The notes under the pieces are model-generated. The model had not been told where the DNA came from. It saw only the letters and a program-made list of their open reading frames with translations, and searched no databases. Shown piece by piece: positions 1-9,201 of a stretch of 46,898 nucleotides of DNA. A program made the position numbers and the translations under genes. The stretch comes from Candidatus Geohabitans tengchongensis (GTDB lineage: Bacteria > Sysuimicrobiota > Sysuimicrobiia > Sysuimicrobiales > Humicultoraceae): NCBI GenBank assembly GCA_031459625.1, contig JAVKIH010000001.1, positions 195,175 through 242,072 of the forward strand, written 5' to 3'. Within the stretch, counting starts at the first letter, position 1; every line of letters begins with the position of its first letter.

Positions 1-262
1 TGAAGGTGAGGTAGGCGTGCTCGCGTTCGGGGTCGTCGGTCTGGGAGGTCATGGCGATGTAGCGCCGCGCCCGCTCCTCGCCCACGGCGGCGAGCAGCTC
101 GCTCACGTCTTCCAACCACCGCTCCAGGGCGTCGGGGGACTCCGGGGTGCGCGCCAGCAGGGCCGCCCCCAGCGGCTCGATGGTCTCCCACCGCCCCAGG
201 TCGGCGTCGGGCGGGACGAACCGGCGCGGGAAGACCTTGCGGGGATCGAGGCGGACGGCCAT
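1..262 (-). CDS. M3 family oligoendopeptidase, N-terminal part (runs off the window start)
   Basis: Manual translation from ATG 262 (GGAG upstream): MAVRLDPRKVFPRRFVPPDADLGRWETIEPL...LERWLEDVSEL...ARRYIAMTSQTDDPEREHAYLTF, resembling M3B oligoendopeptidase N-termini. Not in the ORF track. Confidence 0.7.
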   Translation of the reverse strand, partial: MAVRLDPRKVFPRRFVPPDADLGRWETIEPLGAALLARTPESPDALERWLEDVSELLAAVGEERARRYIAMTSQTDDPEREHAYLTF

Positions 263-320
263 GTGCAGCCACTCCTGTCCGAGGTCTGGGGCCCCGCCGC
301 CGCGTGACGGGCGGGCGCGG

Positions 321-347
321 GGCGTCGCCCCGGACCGGGGCGACGCC
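321..347. terminator. Perfect inverted repeat immediately after the fadE stop; possible terminator or stabilising hairpin
   Basis: GGCGTCGCCCCGG-A-CCGGGGCGACGCC; no U-tract. Confidence 0.45.
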
Positions 348-2131
348 TAGGGGGCGTAGCGGCCGGCGGCGAGCATGCGGTCGGCGATGGCCCGGCCCAG
401 CGCGACGGCGTTCGCCGGCGGGTAGCGCAGCAGGCGGCGCAAGCCCGTCAGGGCCGTGCGCAGCGCCTCTCCCTCCTCGACCGCGGCCAGCACCTCGCGG
501 CCCAGCCCCTCCAGGCGGGGCACGGCCTCGTTCACCCAGGCCCGGGCCATGAGGGCGTGCCCCTCCGCCCCCGGCGTCCCCGCCGCCTGCTGGGCGCGCC
601 GCACCACCGACTCCATGGCGTAGACCTCACTCACCATATCGGCCAGCCAGCCCAGAATTTCCTGGTGCTCCTCCAGGGCCGGGCCCAGCCGGCGCACCGC
701 CGCCCCCGCCGCCACGAGCACCGCCTGCTTGGCCAGGGCCACCTGCTGCCGCTCCGCAGCGAGCCCCTCTCCGGCTGCGCCGTCCCGCCCCAGGGCCGGC
801 AGGGCGGGGCTCAGCACCGCCTCGGCGGCCCGCTGGGCCGCCGCCAGCAGGGGCAGACGGCCGCGCTGTGCCCGCCGGAGCAGCATGCCGGTGATGAGGA
901 GGCGGTTGATCTCGTTGGTCCCCTCGAAGAGGCGGTTGATGCGCGCGTCGCGGTAGGCGCGGGCGGCCGGGTAGTCCTCGATGAACCCGTACCCGCCGTA
1001 GATCTGCACCAGCTCGTCCACGACCCGGTCGAGCATCTCCGAGGCGAAGACCTTGGCGATGGAGCACTCCACCGCGTACTCCTCCAGCGCCCCCAGGTAC
1101 CCGCCCTCCTGTGGGGCCCGGGCCAGCGCCGCGTCGATGAGCCCGCCCGTCCGGTAGACCATCGCCTCGGTGGCATAAAGCCGCAGGGCCATCTGGGCCA
1201 GCTTCTGCTTGATCAGCCCGAACGCGGCGAGGGGCCGGCCGAACTGCCGGCGCTCCTGCGCGTAGGCCAGGGCCTGGCGGAAGGCCAGCATCGCTCCGCC
1301 GAGCACCCCGGCGGCCAGCTTGAACCGCCCGACGTTCAGGATGGTGAAGGCGATCTTGTGCCCCTGCCCGACCTCGCCCAGCACGTTGGCCGCCGGGACG
1401 CGCGCCTGCTCGAAGAAGAGGGAGGCGGTGGAGGAGCCGCGGATGCCCATCTTGTGCTCCTCCTCCCCGACCGTCAGCCCCGGCGTCCCCCGCTCGACGA
1501 TGAAGGCGGTGTGGTGCTGCCCGTCCACCTTGGCGTAGGTGACGAAGAGGTCGGCGAAGGCGGCGTTGGTGATGAACTGCTTGGTGCCGGTGAGGAGGTA
1601 GGCCTCCCCCTCGCGCACGGCGCGCGTGCGGATGGCCATGGCATCCGAGCCGGCGGTGGGCTCGGTGAGGGCGTAGGCGCCGATGCGCTCGCCGCGGGCC
1701 ATCGCCGGGAGGTAGCGCTGCCGCTGGGCCTCGTTGCCGTAGAAGACGATGGGGAGCGTGCCGATGCCGATGTGCGCCCCCACGGAGACGGAGAAGGAGG
1801 AGGCCATCCCCAGCCGCTCGGTGATCACCAGGGCCGTGATCTTGTCGAGCCCCAGCCCCCCGTAGGCCTGGGGGATCTCCGCGCCCAGGAAGCCCAGCGC
1901 CCCCAGCCGGGCGATGAGCGCGCGCGTGAGCGCCCAGTCCTTGGCCTCCAGGCGGTCGGCGACGGGCAGGACCTCGCCGGTGACGAACTCCTCCACCGTC
2001 CGCGCCACCAGGCGCTGCTCGTCGGTCAGCATCTCGGGGGTGAAGATCGGCCCCTCCGGGTCGGCCACCAGGAACCCGCCGCCCTGCCGGGCCACCTCCT
2101 CCTGCGCCACGCCTGCCTCTCGGGTCGTCAC
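347..2131 (-). CDS. fadE: Acyl-CoA dehydrogenase (long type)
   Basis: 594 aa; YALTEPTAGSDA, KMGIRGS, QIYGGYGF and RINRLFEGTNEI motifs; follows the thiolase. Confidence 0.93.
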   Translation of the reverse strand: MTTREAGVAQEEVARQGGGFLVADPEGPIFTPEMLTDEQRLVARTVEEFVTGEVLPVADRLEAKDWALTRALIARLGALGFLGAEIPQAYGGLGLDKITALVITERLGMASSFSVSVGAHIGIGTLPIVFYGNEAQRQRYLPAMARGERIGAYALTEPTAGSDAMAIRTRAVREGEAYLLTGTKQFITNAAFADLFVTYAKVDGQHHTAFIVERGTPGLTVGEEEHKMGIRGSSTASLFFEQARVPAANVLGEVGQGHKIAFTILNVGRFKLAAGVLGGAMLAFRQALAYAQERRQFGRPLAAFGLIKQKLAQMALRLYATEAMVYRTGGLIDAALARAPQEGGYLGALEEYAVECSIAKVFASEMLDRVVDELVQIYGGYGFIEDYPAARAYRDARINRLFEGTNEINRLLITGMLLRRAQRGRLPLLAAAQRAAEAVLSPALPALGRDGAAGEGLAAERQQVALAKQAVLVAAGAAVRRLGPALEEHQEILGWLADMVSEVYAMESVVRRAQQAAGTPGAEGHALMARAWVNEAVPRLEGLGREVLAAVEEGEALRTALTGLRRLLRYPPANAVALGRAIADRMLAAGRYAP

Positions 2132-2229
2132 CGCCTCCCGCCTCCTGTTCCCTCGGCCCTCACGGACGCGCGCCCGCGGCGTCCCGGCGCCTCACCACCG
2201 GGCGCGCCGCCCGTGGCCTCCATGCAGCC

Positions 2230-3405
2230 TCACGGGCGCTCGAAGAGGCCGGCCGCGCCCATGCCGCCGCCCACGCACATCGTCACGAGGCCGTAGCGCC
2301 CCCCGCGCCGGGCCAGCTCGTACAGCAGCGTCACCGTCATGCGCGCGCCGGTCGCCCCCAGCGGGTGCCCCAGGGCGATGGCCCCGCCGTTCACGTTGAG
2401 CCGACTCTCGTCCAGCTCGAGGGCCCGCACCACCGCCAGGGCTTGCGCGGCGAAGGCCTCGTTGAGCTCGATCAGGTCGACGTCCTCCAGCCGTACTGCG
2501 GCCAGACGCAGCGCCTTGGGAATGGCCTCCACCGGCCCGATGCCCATGAGCTCCGGGGCCACGCCCGCCGTGGCGAAGGCCCGGAAGACCCCGAGCGGCC
2601 GCGCGCCCAGGCCGGCCGCCACCCGGTCGGCGACCACCACCACGGCCGCCGCCCCGTCGCTGGTCTGGGAGGCGTTGCCGGCGGTGACCACGCCGTCGCG
2701 GGCGAAGACCGGGGGCAGCGCGGCCAGCCGCTCCAGCGAGGTGTCCCGCCGGATGCCCTCGTCGTGCGCCAGCGTCACCGACGTAGGGCGGGGGCGCCCG
2801 TCGCCGTCCTCGTAGCGCGTGACGGTGAGCGGCAGGATCTCCTCGCTGAAGCGGCCGGCGTCGTCGGCGGCGGCGGCGCGCTGGTGGCTGCGCAGGCTGA
2901 AGACGTCCTGGGCCTCGCGGGTGACGTGGAAGCGCTTCGCCACCACCTCGGCCGTCAGCCCCATGGAGAGGAAGACCTCAGGCCACGCCACGGTCAGGTG
3001 GGGGTTGGGGGCGTAGCGCCACCCCGTCATGGGGATGAGCGTCATCGACTCCACGCCGCCGGCCACGGCCACGTCCACCTGGCCCGTCATCACCTCCTGG
3101 GCGGCCATGGCGATGGCCTGCAGCCCCGAGGCGCAGAAGCGGTTGACGGTCACGGCGCTGCTGGTGACCGGCAGCCCGGCGCGCAGGGCGGCGATGCGGG
3201 CAACGTTGAGGCCCTGTTCCCCCTCGGGCATGGCGCAGCCCAGCACCACGTCCTCCACCTGCGCCGGCTCGAGGTCGGGGACGCGGCGCACCGCCTCCGC
3301 CACCACCGCCGCCGCTAGCTCGTCGGGGCGGGTGTCCTTGAAGGCCCCGCGCGGGGCCTTGCCGATGGCGGTGCGCACCGCCGAGACGATCACCGCATCG
3401 CGCAT
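2230..3405 (-). CDS. fadA: Acetyl-CoA acyltransferase (3-ketoacyl-CoA thiolase)
   Basis: NRFCASGLQ (catalytic Cys), NEAF, GHPLGATG, MCVGGGMG. Confidence 0.95.
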   Translation of the reverse strand: MRDAVIVSAVRTAIGKAPRGAFKDTRPDELAAAVVAEAVRRVPDLEPAQVEDVVLGCAMPEGEQGLNVARIAALRAGLPVTSSAVTVNRFCASGLQAIAMAAQEVMTGQVDVAVAGGVESMTLIPMTGWRYAPNPHLTVAWPEVFLSMGLTAEVVAKRFHVTREAQDVFSLRSHQRAAAADDAGRFSEEILPLTVTRYEDGDGRPRPTSVTLAHDEGIRRDTSLERLAALPPVFARDGVVTAGNASQTSDGAAAVVVVADRVAAGLGARPLGVFRAFATAGVAPELMGIGPVEAIPKALRLAAVRLEDVDLIELNEAFAAQALAVVRALELDESRLNVNGGAIALGHPLGATGARMTVTLLYELARRGGRYGLVTMCVGGGMGAAGLFERP

Positions 3406-3465
3406 GCGCCGTCCCTCACCCTTCGTCCGTCGACTGCCCGCGGCCCGGGGGGCCCGCGGGTCGGG

Positions 3466-5781
3466 TCAGTTCCGCAGGGGCCGCCCCGTCTGGAGGAGGT
3501 GGCGGATCCGCTCCTGGGTGCGCGCCTCCCCCAGCAGGCTGAGGAAGGCCTCGCGCTCCAGCTCCAGCAGGTAGGCCTCCGAGACCCAGGACCCCTCCGG
3601 CACGTCGCCGCCCGTCATGACGTAGGCCAGGCGGCGCCCCACCACCTCATCATAGGCCGTGATGTGCCCCCCGGTCTTCAGGATGTACAGGAGGGACTCC
3701 AGCGCCGCCCGCCCGCGCTGGCCGGCCACCCGCACCGGAGCCGGCGGTTCGCCGTGGTAGCCCAGCTGTACCAGCGACCGCGCCACCTCGCGCGCGTCGG
3801 CCACCACCCGGTCGGGGTTCATCGTCACCAGGTCCGCCTCCCGCAGGTAGCCCAGCTCCCGCGCCTCCAGGGCCGAGCGGGAGACCCGCGCGCGCGCCAC
3901 CGTCTCGAAGGCCCAGCGCAGCAACGGGAGGAGGTCAAGCGTGACGTCGGCGGGGATGCGCCGGCTCAGGCGCCGCACCACCTCCATCGTCCCCGTGCCG
4001 GCCGGGATGAGCCCCACCCCCGTCTCCACCAGGCCCAGATAGGTCTCGGCGGCGGCCACCACGCGCGGGCAGGCCATCGCCATCTCGACGCCGCCGGCCA
4101 GCGTCCGCCCGGCCACCGCCGCCACCACCGGCTTGGGGTGGTGGCGGACGCGCTGCAGCAGGTCCTGGAAGGTGCGCAGCGCCAGGTCGAGCTCCTCCCA
4201 GTTGCCCTCCTGCGCCTCCATCAGCAGGAGGGCCAGGTTGGCGCCGGCGGAGAAGTCGGCCGCGTCCGTGCCGATCACGAGCGCCTCGAACTCCCGCTCC
4301 AGCCGGTCCAGCCCCGCCGCCAGCACCTCCAGCGTGCCGAGGCCGATCAGGTTCAGCTTGCCGTGCAGCGCCACCGCGGCGATCCCCTCGCCCAGGTCCA
4401 GCAGTGAGGCGTCGGCGTTCTGTGCGAGCACCCGGCCCGTGCGGCGGACGGCGCCCAGCCGCAGGACCCCCGGGGGCTCCGAGACGGGACGGTAGGTGGC
4501 CGTGGCCGGGTCGAAGGCGGCCCTGCCCGCGGGGTCGTCACGGTAGAAGCGCCCCTCGCCGCGGCGCAGCACATCCTCCACCAGCGGGGGGAGGGGGACG
4601 CCCTCGGCGTCCAGCCGCTCCGCCACCGCGGCCACGCCCAGCAGGTCCCAGGTCTCGAAGGGGCCCTCCTCCCAGTTGAAGCCCCAGCGCATCGCCCGGT
4701 CGACGTTCACCACGTCGTCGCTGACCTCGGGGATGCGGCGCGCGGCGTAGACCAGCGCGTCGCGCACCAGCGTCCACACGAAGCGGCCCAGCGCGTCCTC
4801 GGCGGCCATGGCCGCGCGGAGCCGGTCGGCCAGCGGCAGCTCCCGCACCGCCTCCACCCACCCCACCTGCGGGCGCCGCCGCGGCCGGTAGGTGAGGGTG
4901 GCCAGGTCGAGGGCTTCCACGCCGGCCTCGGTGCGGCGGTAGAAGCCGCCGCCCGTCTTCTCGCCCAGCCACCCGCGCCGCACCATCTCCTCCAGCGGCG
5001 CCGGCGCGCGGAAGGTCTCGCGGGCCTCGTCGTGGGGCAGGTGGGCGTAGCTGTGGGCGGCCACGGCCAGGGCGACGTCGAGCCCCACCAGGTCGGCGGT
5101 GCGGAAGGTGGCCCCGCGCCGGCCCAGGAAGGGTCCGGTGACGGCGTCCACCTCCTCGACGGTGAGCCCCAGCGCCAGCATCAGGTGGACGGCGCGCAGG
5201 AAGGCGAACGTGCCGATGCGGTTGGCGATGAAGTTGGGCGTGTCCTTGGCGTAGACGATCCCCTTGCCGAGTCGCCGGTCGCCCCAGGCCGCCACCGTGG
5301 CGGTGACGGCCGGGTCGGTGGCCGGGGTGGGGATGAGCTCCAACAGCCGCATGTAGCGCGGCGGGTTGAAGAAGTGCGCGCCGAGGAAGTGGCGCCGCGC
5401 CGCCTCGGGCAACGCCTCGCCGATGCGTCCCACCGGCAGCCCCGAGGTGTTGGTGGTGATGATCGTCCCCGGGCGCCAGGACGCGCCCACCCGGTGGAGC
5501 AGCGCCTGCTTGGTCGGCAGGTCCTCCACCACCGCCTCGATGACCCAGTCGGCCTGCGCCACCTGTTCCAGGTCGCGCTCCACATCCCCGGGCGTGATCA
5601 GGCGGTCCACCTCCGGCAGGAAAAGCGGTGCCGGCTCCCACCGCCGCAGCCGCTCCTTGGCCTGATGGGCCAGGTCGCCCAGGTCGAGGAGGACTGTTGC
5701 CACCCCGGCGTTGGCCAGGTGCGCGGCGATCTGGCTGCCCATCACCCCGGCGCCCAGGACGACCGCGCGGCGCAGCGTCAC
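3466..5781 (-). CDS. fadN: 3-hydroxyacyl-CoA dehydrogenase / enoyl-CoA hydratase fusion (FadN type), 771 aa
   Basis: Likely start GTG 5781 overlaps the upstream stop (GTGA); GAGVMG Rossmann motif, HFFNPPRYMRLLE, C-terminal crotonase FSAGANL and GLVETGVGLIP. Confidence 0.92.
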   Translation of the reverse strand: MTLRRAVVLGAGVMGSQIAAHLANAGVATVLLDLGDLAHQAKERLRRWEPAPLFLPEVDRLITPGDVERDLEQVAQADWVIEAVVEDLPTKQALLHRVGASWRPGTIITTNTSGLPVGRIGEALPEAARRHFLGAHFFNPPRYMRLLELIPTPATDPAVTATVAAWGDRRLGKGIVYAKDTPNFIANRIGTFAFLRAVHLMLALGLTVEEVDAVTGPFLGRRGATFRTADLVGLDVALAVAAHSYAHLPHDEARETFRAPAPLEEMVRRGWLGEKTGGGFYRRTEAGVEALDLATLTYRPRRRPQVGWVEAVRELPLADRLRAAMAAEDALGRFVWTLVRDALVYAARRIPEVSDDVVNVDRAMRWGFNWEEGPFETWDLLGVAAVAERLDAEGVPLPPLVEDVLRRGEGRFYRDDPAGRAAFDPATATYRPVSEPPGVLRLGAVRRTGRVLAQNADASLLDLGEGIAAVALHGKLNLIGLGTLEVLAAGLDRLEREFEALVIGTDAADFSAGANLALLLMEAQEGNWEELDLALRTFQDLLQRVRHHPKPVVAAVAGRTLAGGVEMAMACPRVVAAAETYLGLVETGVGLIPAGTGTMEVVRRLSRRIPADVTLDLLPLLRWAFETVARARVSRSALEARELGYLREADLVTMNPDRVVADAREVARSLVQLGYHGEPPAPVRVAGQRGRAALESLLYILKTGGHITAYDEVVGRRLAYVMTGGDVPEGSWVSEAYLLELEREAFLSLLGEARTQERIRHLLQTGRPLRN

Positions 5782-8081
5782 GGCTGCAATCGCAGGGTCC
5801 CCTCCGCTGCGGCATCGATGGCCCGGCGGTCGGTGAGGAGCGGGTGGTAGGCCCCGCGGGCCCAGGGACCGGCGAAGTCGCGGTAGTGGCGGTGGAAGGG
5901 GAGGCCGCTCTGCCCGGTGGAGTGCATCGCCCGCGCCTCCCAGGTGCGCGTGTCCACCAGGAAGCGGTAGGAGGCGATGGCCACCTGCCGGAACGGCTCC
6001 TCCGGGCTGTAGGCGCCCATGTTCACCGTGAAGGCCGACCCCCCGGTGGCCGGCGGCCGGGCGTTGAAGACCCACCCGAGCCCCCGCACGCGTCCGAGGG
6101 GGTGGGTGAAGGTGGGCGTGTGGGCGCGCCCCCACGTCCAGCCCGCTCGGTCGCGGCCGTAGCGCTGTCCCAGCGTCTCCACCGCGCGGCGCAGGGCGTC
6201 CTCCACGGCGCGGTCCCGCCCCGCCGGTCCCCACCAGGGGTCGCGCGGGCGGCCGCTCAGCCGCAGCAGGACCAGCAGGGGCGCGTCGTAGGCGCGCAGG
6301 TAGCGGGCGAAGAGGTCGCGGTCGAGGGTGTCGCGGAAGAGGGCGGCGAGCAGCTCGTGCAGCAGGGCGTGGTAGAGGAGCGGGGCGCGCAGGTGGGGGG
6401 CCATGGTCCCGTCCCACCGCTGCACCTCCTGGAAGAGCGCCCGCAGGTCGGGGTCGGTGAGGCGCACGTCCTGCCAGGCGGCCACGAAGCGGCGGGCCAG
6501 CAGGTCGGTCTGGTCCTGCTGGATGCGCGCCATCGCCTCCAGGTCGAGCCGCCCGGCCCCCTCCAGCAGCTGGGTGATCCGCAGCGCCCGGAACCCCACG
6601 TCGAAGTCGTCGCCCAGGTAGTACGGGTAGTCGGAGGGGGCCACCCGGTTGTTGGCGGTGACGATGAGGCCGCGGGGCGGGTTGAAGAGCACCGGCAGCG
6701 CCTCGTCGGGGACGAACCCCTGCCACTCGAAGGTTCCGGTCCACCCCGGCACCGGACGCAGGCCCGTCGCCCCCGGCGGCCGGACCGGCACGCGCCCCGG
6801 CATGACGTACCCGATGTTGCCCTGACGGTCGGCGTAGACCACGTTCTGGGCGGGGACCGTCCACCCGCGCAGCGCCGCCCGGAACTCCTGCCAGGTCCGC
6901 GCCCGGTTCAGGCGCAGCACCGCCCCCGGCAGGTCGTCGGGGTCGTGCCCGGTCCAGCGCAGGGCCAGGAAGAGCGGCAGGTGGCGCACCGCCGGGTTGA
7001 GCATGGGGCCGTGGCGGGTGATGCGCACGGTGAGGACCTCGGGGAGGGCGCGGCCGCGCACGCGGATCACTTCGCGCACGACGCGCGCCCGCAGCCAGCT
7101 CCCGCGGTAGAGGTACCGGTCGGGGTCCTCCGGGTGGAAGCGCTCGATGTACAGGTCCTGCACGTCGGGGTTGGCGTTGGTGAGGCCCCAGGCGATGTGG
7201 CGGTTGTGGCCGATGACCACCCCGGGCGTGCCGGCGAAGCTGGCGCCGATGACGTCGTAGGGCCCGCCTACCAGGTGCACGGTGTACCAGATGGCCGGCA
7301 TCTGCGCCTCGAGGTGCGGGTCGTTGGCCAGCAGCGCCCCACCGCTGCCGGAGCGGCGCGGGCCCACCACCCAGCTGTTGCTCCCCCAGGGTCCCCCGCC
7401 CCGCGCGCCCTCGCCGCCGGGCGCGGTGATCACGGGCGCGCCCGGGGCCTCCCGCGGCAGCAGGGCCGCGGCCGCGCCCGGGCCGAAGCGTCCCTCCAGC
7501 GCCGCCTGCAGCACCTCCTGCCGCCAGTTGCCGCCCAGCACCCAGGCCATGAAGCGGGCGAAGGCCAGCGTGTCCACGGGGCTCCACGGCTCGGGGCGGA
7601 CGCGCAGCAGGGTGAACTCCAGCGGCAGGCGCCCGCGGTGGGCGCGCAGGAAGGCGTTCACGCCGGCACTGTAGGCGCGCAGGGCGGCGGCGCTCTCGTC
7701 GCTCACCCCGGCGCGCCAAATGGCGTCTGCCGTGCGCCGCAGCCCGATCACCCGCATGAGGCGGTCGGCCTCCAGCGCCGCCGGGCCGAAGAGCTCGGCC
7801 AGCCGCCCGGCGGCCAGGCGGCGGAAGAGCTCCATCTGCCAGAGGCGGTCCTGCGCGTGCACGTACCCCTGGGCGAAGAAGAGGTCGTGGGTGGTGCGGG
7901 CATAGATGTGGGGGACGCCCCAGCGGTCGCGCACGACCTCTACCGGGGCGTGCAGGCCGGGCACCCGCACCGTGCCGTGGACCTGAGGGAAGGGACGGCG
8001 CACCAGGTAGACGGCGGTCCCCCCCGCGGCGAGGAGCAGGACCAGGAGCACGACCAGGCCGGCGCGCAGGATCCGGGCCAC
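5778..8081 (-). CDS. Penicillin acylase family Ntn-hydrolase with N-terminal membrane anchor
   Basis: RDRWGVPHIYA, AQDRLWQME, GSNSW nucleophile site, LANDPHL, QNVVYAD, TANN, GQSG; hydrophobic N-terminus. Confidence 0.92.
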   Translation of the reverse strand: MARILRAGLVVLLVLLLAAGGTAVYLVRRPFPQVHGTVRVPGLHAPVEVVRDRWGVPHIYARTTHDLFFAQGYVHAQDRLWQMELFRRLAAGRLAELFGPAALEADRLMRVIGLRRTADAIWRAGVSDESAAALRAYSAGVNAFLRAHRGRLPLEFTLLRVRPEPWSPVDTLAFARFMAWVLGGNWRQEVLQAALEGRFGPGAAAALLPREAPGAPVITAPGGEGARGGGPWGSNSWVVGPRRSGSGGALLANDPHLEAQMPAIWYTVHLVGGPYDVIGASFAGTPGVVIGHNRHIAWGLTNANPDVQDLYIERFHPEDPDRYLYRGSWLRARVVREVIRVRGRALPEVLTVRITRHGPMLNPAVRHLPLFLALRWTGHDPDDLPGAVLRLNRARTWQEFRAALRGWTVPAQNVVYADRQGNIGYVMPGRVPVRPPGATGLRPVPGWTGTFEWQGFVPDEALPVLFNPPRGLIVTANNRVAPSDYPYYLGDDFDVGFRALRITQLLEGAGRLDLEAMARIQQDQTDLLARRFVAAWQDVRLTDPDLRALFQEVQRWDGTMAPHLRAPLLYHALLHELLAALFRDTLDRDLFARYLRAYDAPLLVLLRLSGRPRDPWWGPAGRDRAVEDALRRAVETLGQRYGRDRAGWTWGRAHTPTFTHPLGRVRGLGWVFNARPPATGGSAFTVNMGAYSPEEPFRQVAIASYRFLVDTRTWEARAMHSTGQSGLPFHRHYRDFAGPWARGAYHPLLTDRRAIDAAAEGTLRLQP

Positions 8082-8235
8082 GGCCTGTGCTCTTCGCCCG
8101 GCGGCGAGAGCGCTCCTCTGTGGCCCGGCGGCATGACGTGGGCGGCGCAGGACCCGCTCGTGACGCGGGGCGCGCCGGGCCGCCGTCGTGACGCGGGGCC
8201 CCCGGCCTCGCGCCGCGGGATCGCGCCGCCCGGAG

Positions 8236-8244
8236 TGCTACAGT
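8236..8244 (+). promoter_or_regulatory. Extended -10 element (TGCTACAGT) 6 nt before the CDF start; likely leaderless transcript
   Basis: TG-n-TACAGT then GACGAC then GTG 8251; no SD between them. Confidence 0.45.
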
Positions 8245-8250
8245 GACGAC

Positions 8251-9201
8251 GTGGTGACGCTGACCGGCGCTGCCCAGGTGCGCGTCCGTGCCGCGCTCGT
8301 CTCCGTGGGCGCCAGCCTGGCCCTCCTGGCCCTGAAGTTCGGTGCCTACCGGCTGACCGGGTCCGCGGCCATCCTCTCCGACGCGGCCGAGTCCGTGATG
8401 AACGTCATCGCCGCCAACGTGGCCCTCCTCAGCCTGGTGGTGGCGGCCCGTCCGGCGGACGCGGGGCACCGCTACGGCCACGGCAAGGCCGAGTACGTCA
8501 GCAGCGCCACTGAGGGGGCCCTCATCCTCCTGACCGGGGTGATCGTGGTGGCCAACGGTATCGGCCGGCTCGTGCGCCCCGCCCCGCTGGCGGCCCTGCC
8601 CCTGGGCGTGGCGCTGCTGCTGGTGGCGGCGGGGGCGAACGCGCTCGTGGCCCGGTTCCTGCTGCGCATCTCGCGGGAGCACGACTCCGCGGCGCTGGCC
8701 GCCGACGCGCACCACCTCCTGGCCGACGTCCTGACCTCGCTGGGGGTAGTGTGCGGGTTGGGGCTGCAAGGGTTGCTGGGCGTGGTGTGGATCGACCCGG
8801 TCATCGGCGTGCTCGTGGGCGCGCACGTGGTTCGCCTGGGCGCCGGGGTGTTTCGCCGCGCCATCGAGGGCCTGATGGATTCCCCCCTGCCGTCGGAGGA
8901 GGAGGCGCGGATCCACGTCATCCTGGGCGACCACGCCGACGAGATCGTCGAGTACCATGCCCTGCGCACCCGCAAGGCCGGCCAGCAGCGCTTCATCGAC
9001 CTCCACCTGGTGCTCCACCGCACGCTCACGGTAGGGCGGGCGCACCGGCTCTGCGACCATCTGGAGGAGCACATCCGGGAGGCCCTCCCCGGGACCGACA
9101 TCACCATCCACGTGGAGCCCTGTGGGCCGGCCTGCGAGCGCTGCGGCGTCGGCGAGGCGGCCATGGCGGCCATGGACGCGCGGGAGGCGGGCACGGGGTG
9201 A
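8251..9201 (+). CDS. Cation diffusion facilitator (FieF-like) transporter
   Basis: SAAILSDAAES, HRYGHGKAEY, ADAHHLLAD, C-terminal domain ending IHVEP followed by a CGPACERC tail. Confidence 0.9.
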   Translation: MVTLTGAAQVRVRAALVSVGASLALLALKFGAYRLTGSAAILSDAAESVMNVIAANVALLSLVVAARPADAGHRYGHGKAEYVSSATEGALILLTGVIVVANGIGRLVRPAPLAALPLGVALLLVAAGANALVARFLLRISREHDSAALAADAHHLLADVLTSLGVVCGLGLQGLLGVVWIDPVIGVLVGAHVVRLGAGVFRRAIEGLMDSPLPSEEEARIHVILGDHADEIVEYHALRTRKAGQQRFIDLHLVLHRTLTVGRAHRLCDHLEEHIREALPGTDITIHVEPCGPACERCGVGEAAMAAMDAREAGTG

